DNA of 63,803 bases, the filler included, from Chrysochromulina tobinii (Eukaryota), in NCBI GenBank assembly GCA_001275005.1. It is 7 parts of 7 records of this genome, joined end to end, with 100 filler letters (N's around TTAATTAATTAA, not from the genome) between each part and the next. Parts side by side here need not be neighbours in the genome. Positions count along the whole stretch, not along the records: positions 7,972 to 18,551 come from JWZX01000072.1; positions 18,652 to 26,496 come from JWZX01000073.1; 5 more parts are not named here. One strand, given 5' to 3'. The notes beneath the pieces are model-generated. The model was not told the origin of the DNA. It worked only from the letters and a program-made list of their open reading frames with translations, and made no database searches. Shown piece after piece: positions 10,901-21,087 of this stretch. A program made the position numbers and the translations under genes. Within the stretch, counting starts at the first letter, position 1. Each line of letters opens with the position of its first letter.

Positions 10901-13900
10901 ATCACAAGCTTGAGCGACTGGCCGACGCGCTCGGCGGGCGACGCCGACCGTCGACCAACTGTCCCGAGGAGCGCAGCCGCCTCGACGCGACAGCGTAGGA
11001 AGGCGGCGGTTTCGGAGAGGGGCTCGTCCGTAGGCAGGTCCTTGAGTGCGACGACCGAGTGAGCGAGTTGGATCAGTGGCGTGACATCATACGCATCGAC
11101 ATCGAGGTGGGCAAGCACACCGAAGAGGTCGGCGAGCATGCACGCCTCAGGCGCCAGCAGGGGCTTCTCCACTGTCTTCTCTACCGTCTCGAGTGCCTCC
11201 GCACCCATCGCAGCAGCAGCGCCAGCAGCCCCCCCTGCAGCCCCGCCGCGCTCTTGGCGCCTCAGGCCATTCACAGTGAACAGGGCGGCCGCAGAGAGCT
11301 CGCCCGTCTTCTGCGCGGCCGTCATTCCACTCGTGATCACTTTGATCACCTCCTCCGTGCTCATGCACGACGGGTGGCGGAGCAGCGCGCGCACGAGACG
11401 GAGGCCGGCTGGCGTCAGCGCCTCTTGAACAATGCGCGGTGGCGATGGCATGAAAAACCCACCGCCAACAGTTATGTTCGAGGCCGGGGCCGGAGCCGGA
11501 GCCGGCGTGAACGAGCCACCAAATGATCTCTTATCTGCGCTAGTGACGCCCCCCGTCGAGAAGAGGAAGATGGAGGCCTCACGAAGCACGCCCATCAGAT
11601 CGATGCCCTTCGAGAGAGCACTCTGTCGCTCGCTGTGGCTCCAGCTGAGCTGCTCGACGATGAGGCTGAGCAGACGGATCCAGCTGGCATGCCCACCCGC
11701 CACCTTGTCGTGTGCACTCAGCGCGTACCGACGTACGTGCTCAAAGTGTTCCTTGTAGCTGAGCAGCTCCACGACGATCTCGGTGTCGGCGAGCGCGAAA
11801 AGCAGCTGCGAGGCGCTGTCGAAGATGTCATGGGACGGTGCGCCGATGAGGAAGACGAGCTCCTCGATCGCACCACGTGGCAGCGTGCTCAGCGCCCTCT
11901 CGTGCCAGAGGCCGTTGCGCCCCGCGCTTGGTCGTTCAAAGGGCCTCATGGTCCGGCGCATCGCCTCGCACCGCGCGGCGTTGTTAGGCTTCGAGGCGAT
12001 CTGATCCGTCGTCGCATCGGCCTCGGCCGCACTCAGCCTGCCTTGCGCCACGGCGCGCTCCAAGTGCTGATCGAATTGCGCCTCGAGCGTTTTGAGAGTT
12101 TCGTTCACACCGGGGATGCCGATGCGGCATGCCAGGTCGCCGCCCGCCTCCGGCCGCGTCGTGTCGAGCAGGTTCGCGGCCGCCTCCAGGGCGAACGCGA
12201 GCGGAGAGCTGCCCTGGGCCGACCCCCGCTCTGAGCGGGCCTGATGCGCACACAGCAGCTGCCCAAGCAGCGCAAAGCAGCTCGCCACACTCTGGCAGCA
12301 GAGCTCGCGCGCCTCGTCGTCATCGCTCTCGTCGCCACCGCTCTTGTCGTCAGCTCCATCCGGCCGAAGGTGCGCTCCTCCGGATGCGCGCTCGCCCTTT
12401 GTGATGAGGGCCGATTTCCATGCGCGTCTGGTGGAGATGCTTCGCGCCTTCAGGGCTGGAGCGACGCTGCCCTCCTTGTCGGCGCTCACCACTGCGCTCT
12501 TGCTGCCCGCTCCGCCCACCGGCTCCTTTTCCTGTGGCTGGGCGAGCGCACAGAGGGCGTGCAGGCAGACCGCGAGTGCGATGACGTCGCCATCGAGCGC
12601 AATCCGATCGCACAGCGCGCGCACAAGCACCGTGTGCACGCGCCCCAGGTGTGCGCCGTCGAGCGGCAGGAATTCGAGCACGATCAGCTCGAACAGCGCG
12701 CGCAGGATCGCGTCGCCGGCGAACAGCCCGCCGCGCCCAGCACCGCGTCCGACGCTGGACAGTGGCGACGGCGCCTCCAGGCGAAGGACAAGGCCCTCAC
12801 AGATATCCTGGATCGCCTCGAGCGCCTTGTTCAGAGAAGGGGACAAACCACCTTCGAGCTTGGGTCCGAGCTGCGCCGGCGCGCCTCCGAAAACCCAGTT
12901 AGCTGGCGCGGGCGCGCCTCCGAAGAGGCCGCCGCCAGCAGCAGCCGGCGCGCCTCCGAAAAGGCCGGCAGCTGGCGCCGGCATCGACTCCACACATTGC
13001 CAGCCGCTCCCCTCCACCACTGGATTCTTCTTGATGGTATAGCCGCTCCCATCTTCCAAGATAAGCCAGCCGTTCACTTCGCCCTTCATCATCAGCGATG
13101 CCCCGTCCGTGACGGTCGTGACCACAGACGATTCTAAGCTGGGGCCGCTCCGGATGTTGTAAGTAGTTTCAGTTTGTAGCTTCCAGAGCTTCGGAGATGG
13201 ATACATCACGGCCGGCTCCGGCGCCGCAGGGGCCGCTGGAGGCTGAACGCCGCTGAATGGCGAGAGTGCGGCACGCGCGGCGGCCGTAACGCACACTCCA
13301 GTACATGCCGGGCACAGGTCGTAACGGCATTTGGAGCAGTGGAAGTAGTGGCTGCAGTGCTGCACGAGGCCGCTGCGACCGCACGCGTCGCAACGCACGC
13401 TCGTGCTTCGGTACGTCGCCGGCAATGTACCTTTTTCTTGTCTCGCCATTTGGTGGCCTTGTTTGCACAAAGGCTCACCACCCGCGGCGGGACCTCCGAA
13501 GAGGCCGCCAGCAGCAGCCGGAGGGCCACCGAAGAGGCCGGCAGCTGGCGCGGGCGCGCCTCCGAAAAGGCCGCCGCCAGTAGACCCCGGCGCGCCACCG
13601 AAGAGGCCGGTGGCAGGCAAGCCCGCGCCGAAACGGAAACCGGCAGCTGGCGGCGCCGGCGCGCCTCCGAAGACGCTGCCAGCTGTAGCAGGCTTAGGAG
13701 TTATCGTCAGCTCAAGCACCTTCAACTGGTTCGGAGCTGGGTCTCCAAACAATTCGTTGACGGCCTTCAGCTGCCCTTTAGCCAGAAGCTCGCGCGCCTG
13801 CTCTGTCACAACTTTGCCTTGAGCTGATCGGGTATTTTCTTGACCATGAGACGTGTCGGTCGCGAGAAGCCTGGCCCCATACCAAGCCTCTACGATGTTC

Positions 13901-16900
13901 GATGCTGAGGGCCCATCGTCCGAAGCCTGGACGACATCCCCTTCTTTGAAGGTCATCTTCACAGTCTTGGCCTCAGCGGCCGCTGGCGGCGGCGTCCAGG
14001 CGGTGCACTTCAGCTCCGGCTGGTCAACCCAAGCATTACCGCCCGCGGCCGACTGCCATGTCTTAGAGCTCACGTCGGGTGAAGCAGCAGCTGAGTCTCT
14101 TAGGACCAGGTAGCCCTTCGTCGAACCGAGATCATCCTCAGGCTGCCCTATCCATGATTTCCCTCCAGCGAACGCAATCCAGCAAGTTGCATCGCTCGTG
14201 TGCCGATACGCGGGCCGTCCGTTTACAAGCTTCCTCGGATCAAGCTTGTAGGTGCCTCCGTATTTGGCCACATTTCCTGGCAGCGAGCCACCTTCGAGCT
14301 TGAGTCCGGGCGGAGCTTCCAGAATTCGGATAGCATGGTCGAAACGCGCGTCGCCGGGAGCCTGTACTTGACCCATTCTGGCTGCCTGCAGTGCGTTATT
14401 GTCCTTTCTAGTCTCCGCTGTCTTGTCCGCGCCGAATTCGAGGAGGACTCCGACCATCTCGCCATGGCCCTTGGATGCAGCCAAGATGAGTGCCGTGATC
14501 CCTTTGTCATCCGCCATGTTGATTAGGTTTGAGTCCGAGGCGAGCAGACTCTTCACATCGATCAACTGATTCTCCCTCACCGCCGTGTGTAGCTTCTCCA
14601 GTGCAGCAGCGCCACCACCGCCAAACATAAAGCCAGCGGGCGCGGGCGCAGGTGCAGCAGCGCCGCCGCCAAACGCGGGTGTGCTGACTCCCATCCCCGA
14701 AGCCTGCCCAAATATGGGCGTGCGAACGGGGCTGGCGCCGATAGAGAAGGCGGACGCCGGTGCTGGGCTGCCGAACGAGAAGGCAGGCGCCGATGCTGCT
14801 GGTGCCGTGGTAGACGGGCTGCCAAACGCGCCTGGCAGCAAGGCTGGAAGGGAGGTAGCCTTTGGTGCTTCGGGCCGCCTCGCCTTGTACAGCTTGGAGC
14901 GCGCCCCCGCACGATGGCCGCCTGGCTCGTCGTCGCCCGTCTGGTTTACCTTGAGAGCAGAGAAGCCGAAGCCGAGGGTCTGGTTGCCGTCGGCGGCGTC
15001 ACACCGGTCTGCCTCCCGACGGAGGATGCGGCCGCAGCACGCGGTGAGGCGGGCGGCGAGCTCGACGACGGGCTCGGCGGGGTGGAGCGAGGCGCGGCGG
15101 AGCAGCTCGAGAAAGGTAGCGCCGCCGTGGCCTGCCGCGGGGCTCGCCGCGCCGCCGTCACTTGCCACCTTTGTGCGCGCCGTCGTGAGCAGATGATGGC
15201 ACGTGAAGGGCGAGTCGAGGAGCAGGCGGTCGATCGCTTGGGCGCAGCTGGGCAGCAGCGCGGCCGCCAAAGACGGCGGCAGCTGGCCGCGACGCGGGTT
15301 CGTCGGTTTCGTCGGTTTCGTCGGTTTCGTCGGTTTCGTCGGTTTCATCGAGTCCACGCGGTCGTCGACGTCGAGGTCGCCGTCGACGTCGCCGTCGCCG
15401 TCGAGGGTGCGCGCGAGGCCAAGGGGCGTACCGGCGGCCAGATCGAGCTCGGCTTCGTCGGTTTCGTCGGCGAGGCCAAGGGGCGTACCGGCGGCCAGAT
15501 CGAGCTCGCTGGCGCCGTCGCCGTTCTCATCGCCATCGCCACGCGGCACGTCGACGCACAGCTCGAAGCAGCCGAGCAGCTGCACCACCGCCTCAGCAGT
15601 CGTGCTGTCGACAGGCTCCTCGGCCGGTCCGATGGTCGGTGGCCGCGCGGCAAAGTGACGCACGGGCGGCTTCAGCTTGTTCCGGTGCGCGTCGTGCGCG
15701 ACCGAGAGCCGGCTGTGCAGGTCGATCAGCACGCCCAGCTCCACTGCGTCCGACGCCTCGTTCGCGTTGTGCGATGACGTGGTGGTGGTGGTGGTGGTGG
15801 TGGCGCTCACGGCGGGCGCCGACTCTGCTGGCGCCGGGGCTGCAGCAGAGGGGCGTCTGAGGCGGCTCTCGAGCTGTGTGGAGAGGAAGCCGACCATCAA
15901 CTCGCACTGACTCTGCAGCGCACACGAGACGTTCGCACGGTGCGGCACCGACCGCACGACGCTCAGGATCGAGGCGACGTAGTGAGGCAGCAGCAGCGAG
16001 CTCAGCCGCGCGTCGCACGCGACCGTCTGTGCGGCTTCACACAGATGCTGCGCGACGGCATCGGCCAGCCTGGCTCCCGCGGGGCTGGCGGCGAGGGTGT
16101 TGACGAGCTTGGCCGCGTGCAGGCCGACCGCCTCGCTCGAGAAGCGCCATTGCCAGCCGCGGCTGAGGGAGGAGGGCGGCGAAGCTTGCCTGTGGGGAAA
16201 GGAGCGCGCGCGCCGTGGTGAGCACACTCGCATGCACGCCACCGAGGAGGGCGGCCAAGCCACCCCCGGCGATGCAGCATCGCCCTTCGCGGGCGCGGGC
16301 GCCGTCTCGGGCGCCGTCTCGGGCGCCGCCTCGGGCGCCTCGGGCGTCGTCCCGAGCGGCTCCTCGAGCGCTCGCACGCTCGTCGCAAGCATGGCCACCC
16401 GGCTGATCGGGTTCTCGTAGAGCTCCTTCGCATGGAGAAGGAAGAGGCACTCGGCCGCGTGTGGCATCGAGCCGTCGTTCGTGTTGAGCGCGCTCGAGGT
16501 GCTGTTCTGCACCTCGGTGCCATACGCTCCCTCGACGGCCGCCAGCAAGAAGCCGAGCACCTGCTCGAGCAGCGGCAGCATGCTCGGCTCGTTGGCGATC
16601 CGAAGGCTCGATGAGACACGCGCGAGGGCGATGATCGCGGCGTCGCACGTCACGTGGTCGTTGACGGAGTGCTGGCGGCGCAGCTTCTTGTCGACCTTGG
16701 ACTCGAACTCGAGCAGGCGGCTGAAGAGGCGCAAACAGTGGCTCAGCCGCACGCAGCTCTGTGCCTTCTCGTCCACGACTGGCTTCGCGTCGTGTCCCTC
16801 GTCCACAGCCGGCTTCGCGTCGTCGTGAACCTCGCGCACCCGATCCACGAGTGCTACGAGCGCGTGCGCGAGGTACACGGTGGCGTGCATGTTGTACAGG

Positions 16901-17304
16901 ATCCCGACGCCGTTGTGGATCTCGTCCGAGATGATCGTGTCCAACGCGGCGAGCACGCTGTCGATCGACACGCTCTCGCTGGGCTCGGAGTCGGGAGAGT
17001 GCGGACGGTGGGACTCGTCTCGCGCCCCGTCGCCCTCGTGGTGGCCGCTTCTAGTCGTAGCAGACGGCGTCGAGGCGAAAATTTCGAGGTTTTTAATCGT
17101 GATCTGTGCCAGCCCCGACCGCTGCACGTCGGCCGTGGTCATGCGTACGTGCCGCTTCATCTTCGCCCGGTCGCTCTCCAAGACCTTGCTGCGCTGGAAA
17201 ACGGCCGAGACCTTCTCGGTCAGATCCGAGTGCTCCATGTCATCGTCGGTGTACGCCCTGAACAGCCGCGGGTTATCAGAGGCGGAACGAGTGGGGACCA
17301 GCAT
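7972..17304 (-). CDS. Giant (>2,800 aa, 3'-truncated) mosaic protein: ARM/HEAT-like scaffold with FG/GLFG repeats, ankyrin repeats, ZZ-like Cys finger and SH3b-like domain; exons 17304-10689 (probable extra intron near 16190-16263), 10521-9585, 9343-9028, 8886-8487, 8277 to gap
   Basis: Four GT-AG introns join ORFs 10660-17304, 9533-10531, 9013-9390, 8467-8886 and an open frame 7972-8277 with consistent phases. Motifs: GITALILAASKGHGEMVGVLLEFGAD (ankyrin), CDACG..HCSKCRYDLCPAC (ZZ-like), NIRSGPSLESSVV..NGWL (SH3b), GGLFGGAPA repeats. Confidence 0.75.
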
Positions 17305-17694
17305 GAGTGTCGCGCTCCGCTCGCTAGTTTCTGCGCTCGCAAAGTCGGGTTGGCCGACCCCGCGCGAGGCAAAGTTTCCAGTTAGACCTCGTATTGGTCC
17401 GACTCACGGACGCTCTCTCAAGCATCTCGAACCTGCACCCCGTCCTCTGACAAAGAATGACAAAGAGTGTGGGGATAATCTAAGGCGAAAGCCTTTTGAA
17501 AGCACGCAGTGAAGGACCCGTCTCTAAACGTCCACAGCCATCCAGCTTAGGGCCCCTAGACAAGGACCTGCCCCTCTCCTGCGTCCTGCGCGCGGGGGAG
17601 GCAAGGTTTCACTGGTGGGAGCTGCCGATCGGATAGATGTTGTTTGTTGAGAGCGTCGATCGTCCGAGGTCCGTGTACCGTCACAAAGATACCA

Positions 17695-17785
17695 GTCAGT
17701 CAGTCAGTTTCGTCGCGGTCCCCCCGCGCTCACCACACCACCGTCTCAAAGGACGGCTCCGCTACCCTCGTGAAGAGCAAGTAAT
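17695..17785 (-). repeat. Dispersed ~80-nt repeat ending in (ACTG)n; second copy at 51925-51994 (+)
   Basis: Both loci share GCCGTCC..TGGTGAG..GGGGGGACC(C)GCGACGAAACTGACT. Confidence 0.7.
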
Positions 17786-17925
17786 AGACGGTGTCCGGTG
17801 ACGAGCTGCGAGGCGGATTGGTGTTTCATTCGGATGATCGATGTTAGCTGATCACGCGAGGGCTCTCTTTCATGGCCTGCTTCCTACCGAGCATCAGCAT
17901 GCGCCCCGCTTCTCTGTGGCTCTCT

Positions 17926-18551
17926 CTATGGCCCAACGGGGCAGTCGGCGGGCGGAGCAATCCTCGTAGACTGGTTGCGCCCGATTATGTAATAGACCGG
18001 ATTATAGGTGTGCGCAGAGTCCGGGCTGGCGTTCGCGTCCGGCGCAAAGGCGCGCACCTCCGCCTCGGGGATCCCTGATCGACCGAACGAGTGCAAGTTC
18101 TCGCCATGGCGGTTCGCAAGCCCCACGAGCATGCTGATAAAGCTCGGATCTAGCCGCCTCGGCACATAAATGAGAAGCTCACTCCACATCGTCGCGCAGC
18201 GGGTCAGGTTGGACTTTCTGCTGATCATACGAAACGGCAACATGAGCTTGCCGTCCTCGTCGGGCGGCGCTGGAAGCGGCAGCGGCTTACGAAACACAAG
18301 GTCCGCGCGAGAGATCAACATCGCAGAGCGCGATCCCCACTCCGCCGGCCCAGTTCGATTCGCCCACATCATCATGTCCACCATAGACTCGGACTGAGTG
18401 CGCTTCCGATACGTCTCGCTGATGCGCTCGATGGTTGCAGCGCGGAGCCCGCTTGCGCTCTTTGCTTGCTGCCAAGCGCTGTGCAGGTGAGAGGGCATCA
18501 CCACGTCGATGGCGAGGCCGACTCGCCATCCGAGGGTGCGTGCGGGCGCGA
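17926..18551 (-). CDS. Hypothetical protein, 5'-truncated by gap
   Basis: Frame is open from the gap to the stop at 17926. No family confidently recognised. Confidence 0.55.
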
Positions 18552-18651
18552 NNNNNNNNNNNNNNNNNNNNNNNNNNNNNNNNNNNNNNNNNNNNTTAAT
18601 TAATTAANNNNNNNNNNNNNNNNNNNNNNNNNNNNNNNNNNNNNNNNNNNN

Positions 18652-20619
18652 AATGCACGCTGGGTGGACGTACTGCAAGAGCCATACTTCATCACGCTTC
18701 TGAGCTTCACTGCGCTGACTCTCGTCCTCCTATGCGGCTGTGACGCGCGCCTGCTCGGCTCGCGCGCCCGCGCCATCGAGCGCAAGCTGGCGCACCAGCG
18801 AGCTGAGAGCGGCACGGGCGCGGCGAGCGACGGCGTCGTCCTGTCGGGCGCGAGGGCGGATACAGCACTGAGCCAGCTCGCGCGCCGTCAGGTGCGCCTG
18901 CTTCGGCTCCTCTATCCCGTCGGCGCCGGCCTGCTCGCCGGTTGCACCGCGGTCGCCGCCGCCACCGTCGCCGAGTGGCTGCAGGCCTACCTGTGGCAGC
19001 CCGTGAGCTATCCACTCTCCATCCTCGACGGCTGGCCGCTCGTGGTAGCGGCGGCTGTGCCGCTACCGGCGATCTTGCACCTGTACACGCGGGCGCTCTG
19101 CCTGTTCGAGGCCCAAGTCGTGCTGCCGACCTTCTACGTCCTCTACGTCCTCGTCGAGGTGAGCGGCAAGGGCGCGTACTACGGCGTCTTCGACTGGGCC
19201 TGCCTGGGGGTCATCCGGATCGCTCCGTTCTTCGTCGGCTTGGCGGTGGCGATCGCGAGCGTGCTCACCCTCCATGCGAGTAGAGCTGAGCAGATGCATC
19301 GAGAACGACCCAGCCGCGTGCTCCCGCTCAAGCACGACGCGCCCGTGACGCCGCCCACGACGGCGCCCATGACGGTGCCCGAGCCCGCCCGCTCGATCGA
19401 GAAGCCTCCGCCCGAGGAGCCCACACTCGACCCACTCGATCGCAGCTTCGCGCAGCTCAAGCACGAGGCGCAGATGGCGCGTCTCGCGGAAGTGAAGCAT
19501 CAGGAGGAGCTTGAGTACATCGCTCGCGCCTTCGCGATTGCCGACGCCGACGGCGACGGCAAGCTCAACCCGCGAGAATTCGCCGTCTTCGTCGACCTCA
19601 CTCAAGGGGCGAAGCTCGAACGCGCGCCGTCGCTCGTTGAGGGCACGGTGCTCGATGAAGGGCTCGATCCAAAAGGTCAAGCCGAAGCTGAAGCCGTAGC
19701 CGCTGCGCCGGAGGCTGCATCCACTGCCGCCGAGGCGTACGAAGCGCCCGAGGGTGCCCAGGCCGGCCAAATCTTCATGGTCGACGGGCAGTATTACAGT
19801 GCAGTGCCGCTGCCGTCAGAGCACCCGCTGCCGTCAGAGCACCCGCTGACCGCGGCCCCGCCGCCGCCGCAGCTCTCGCAGTATCCGCCGCTCAGCGACG
19901 ACCCGACGGGTATGCTCGAAGAGGTACGCGCGCAGCGCGAGATGATAGAGAAGCTGCAGCAGACGTTGCTCGAGCTACGCAACGGCCAGCAGCCGCCGCC
20001 GCCGCTACCGCCGCAGTTCAGCGACGACCCGACGGGTATGCTTAAGGAGGAGGTACGCGCGCAGCGCGAGATGATAGAGAATCTGCAGCAGACGTTGCTC
20101 GTGCTACGCAACGGCCAGCCGCCGCCGCCGCCGCTACCGCCGCAGTTCAGTGTGCCCGAGGGCACCAGAGCAGGCCAACTGTTCGACATCGACGGGCAAT
20201 ACTATGTGGCCATGCTGCGAAGCCAGACTCAGCCGAGCTTGATGAGGGTGCAATCGGAGCCGAGCTCGGACGGACGGCTGCCGGCTGTGAATGGACGGCT
20301 GCAGGCTGTGAATGGACGGTTGCCGCCGCTCCCACCGCTGCAGACGCTGCAGACGCTGCGCGAGCAGTGTAATCTCCAGCAGCGGGCGCGAACCGCTCCG
20401 CGGCCGCCAGCGCAGCCGCAAGGGGTTCTTAGTTACGCCAACCACACCAATTATTACGCTGACCGTTACGATGAGCCGGTTCCGCCTCAGCTCCTGTGGC
20501 GCCCCGGTACGGCGCCGCCCGGTTCGGCGCCACAGCTCAACGTGCCCGAGGGGTCCGAGGCCGGTCAAGTCTTTGTGGTGGATGGACAACAATACATTGC
20601 AATGCCGCGCAGCTGCTGA
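18652..20619 (+). CDS. NIPA/DUF803-like Mg2+ transporter (5'-truncated) with EF-hand and repeat-rich tail
   Basis: TM helices with RALCLFEAQVVLPTFYVLY..GAYYGVF (NIPA-like), EF loop DADGDGKLNPREF, a ~42-aa tandem duplication and three PEGxxAGQxFxxDGQxY motifs. Confidence 0.7.
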   Translation, partial: NARWVDVLQEPYFITLLSFTALTLVLLCGCDARLLGSRARAIERKLAHQRAESGTGAASDGVVLSGARADTALSQLARRQVRLLRLLYPVGAGLLAGCTAVAAATVAEWLQAYLWQPVSYPLSILDGWPLVVAAAVPLPAILHLYTRALCLFEAQVVLPTFYVLYVLVEVSGKGAYYGVFDWACLGVIRIAPFFVGLAVAIASVLTLHASRAEQMHRERPSRVLPLKHDAPVTPPTTAPMTVPEPARSIEKPPPEEPTLDPLDRSFAQLKHEAQMARLAEVKHQEELEYIARAFAIADADGDGKLNPREFAVFVDLTQGAKLERAPSLVEGTVLDEGLDPKGQAEAEAVAAAPEAASTAAEAYEAPEGAQAGQIFMVDGQYYSAVPLPSEHPLPSEHPLTAAPPPPQLSQYPPLSDDPTGMLEEVRAQREMIEKLQQTLLELRNGQQPPPPLPPQFSDDPTGMLKEEVRAQREMIENLQQTLLVLRNGQPPPPPLPPQFSVPEGTRAGQLFDIDGQYYVAMLRSQTQPSLMRVQSEPSSDGRLPAVNGRLQAVNGRLPPLPPLQTLQTLREQCNLQQRARTAPRPPAQPQGVLSYANHTNYYADRYDEPVPPQLLWRPGTAPPGSAPQLNVPEGSEAGQVFVVDGQQYIAMPRSC

Positions 20620-21087
20620 TGTGACGACCGGCGCGCCGCTCGGCAGGTGTTGCTCCGATATCGCGCGATTCAGCCAGGGCCCGACTTCACAGAGATCCAC
20701 TGACGACACGGCGACGATAGAAAAGCACCCGGCGGTTTCTATCGTCGCCGAGTTACGGTAACGAGATAATAACACCTAGCCGTGGAGCGCAATAACCCTT
20801 TTCGGCTTCAAAAGCGGATGCCGAGGCGCGCGAGTATGTCACACTCTCTGCGAGTTACGTCTCCAGACCCGCTACTTTAGATTCGGTCGCTTGGGTGCGG
20901 TCTTATGTGTTGGGCGGGTAGTGATTTCACATAGAAGGGTGTGCGATATCACGGGCGCGGGTGTGAATTTGAGATGAACGCCAACGAAGCATGGACGTGA
21001 TCTGCGTAACTTACACATCTAGGACCGCCGTCCGGCCTCGCATAACGAAACTCACGCAACGGGGCAGAGTCGAGTCGGTTCACTCAC

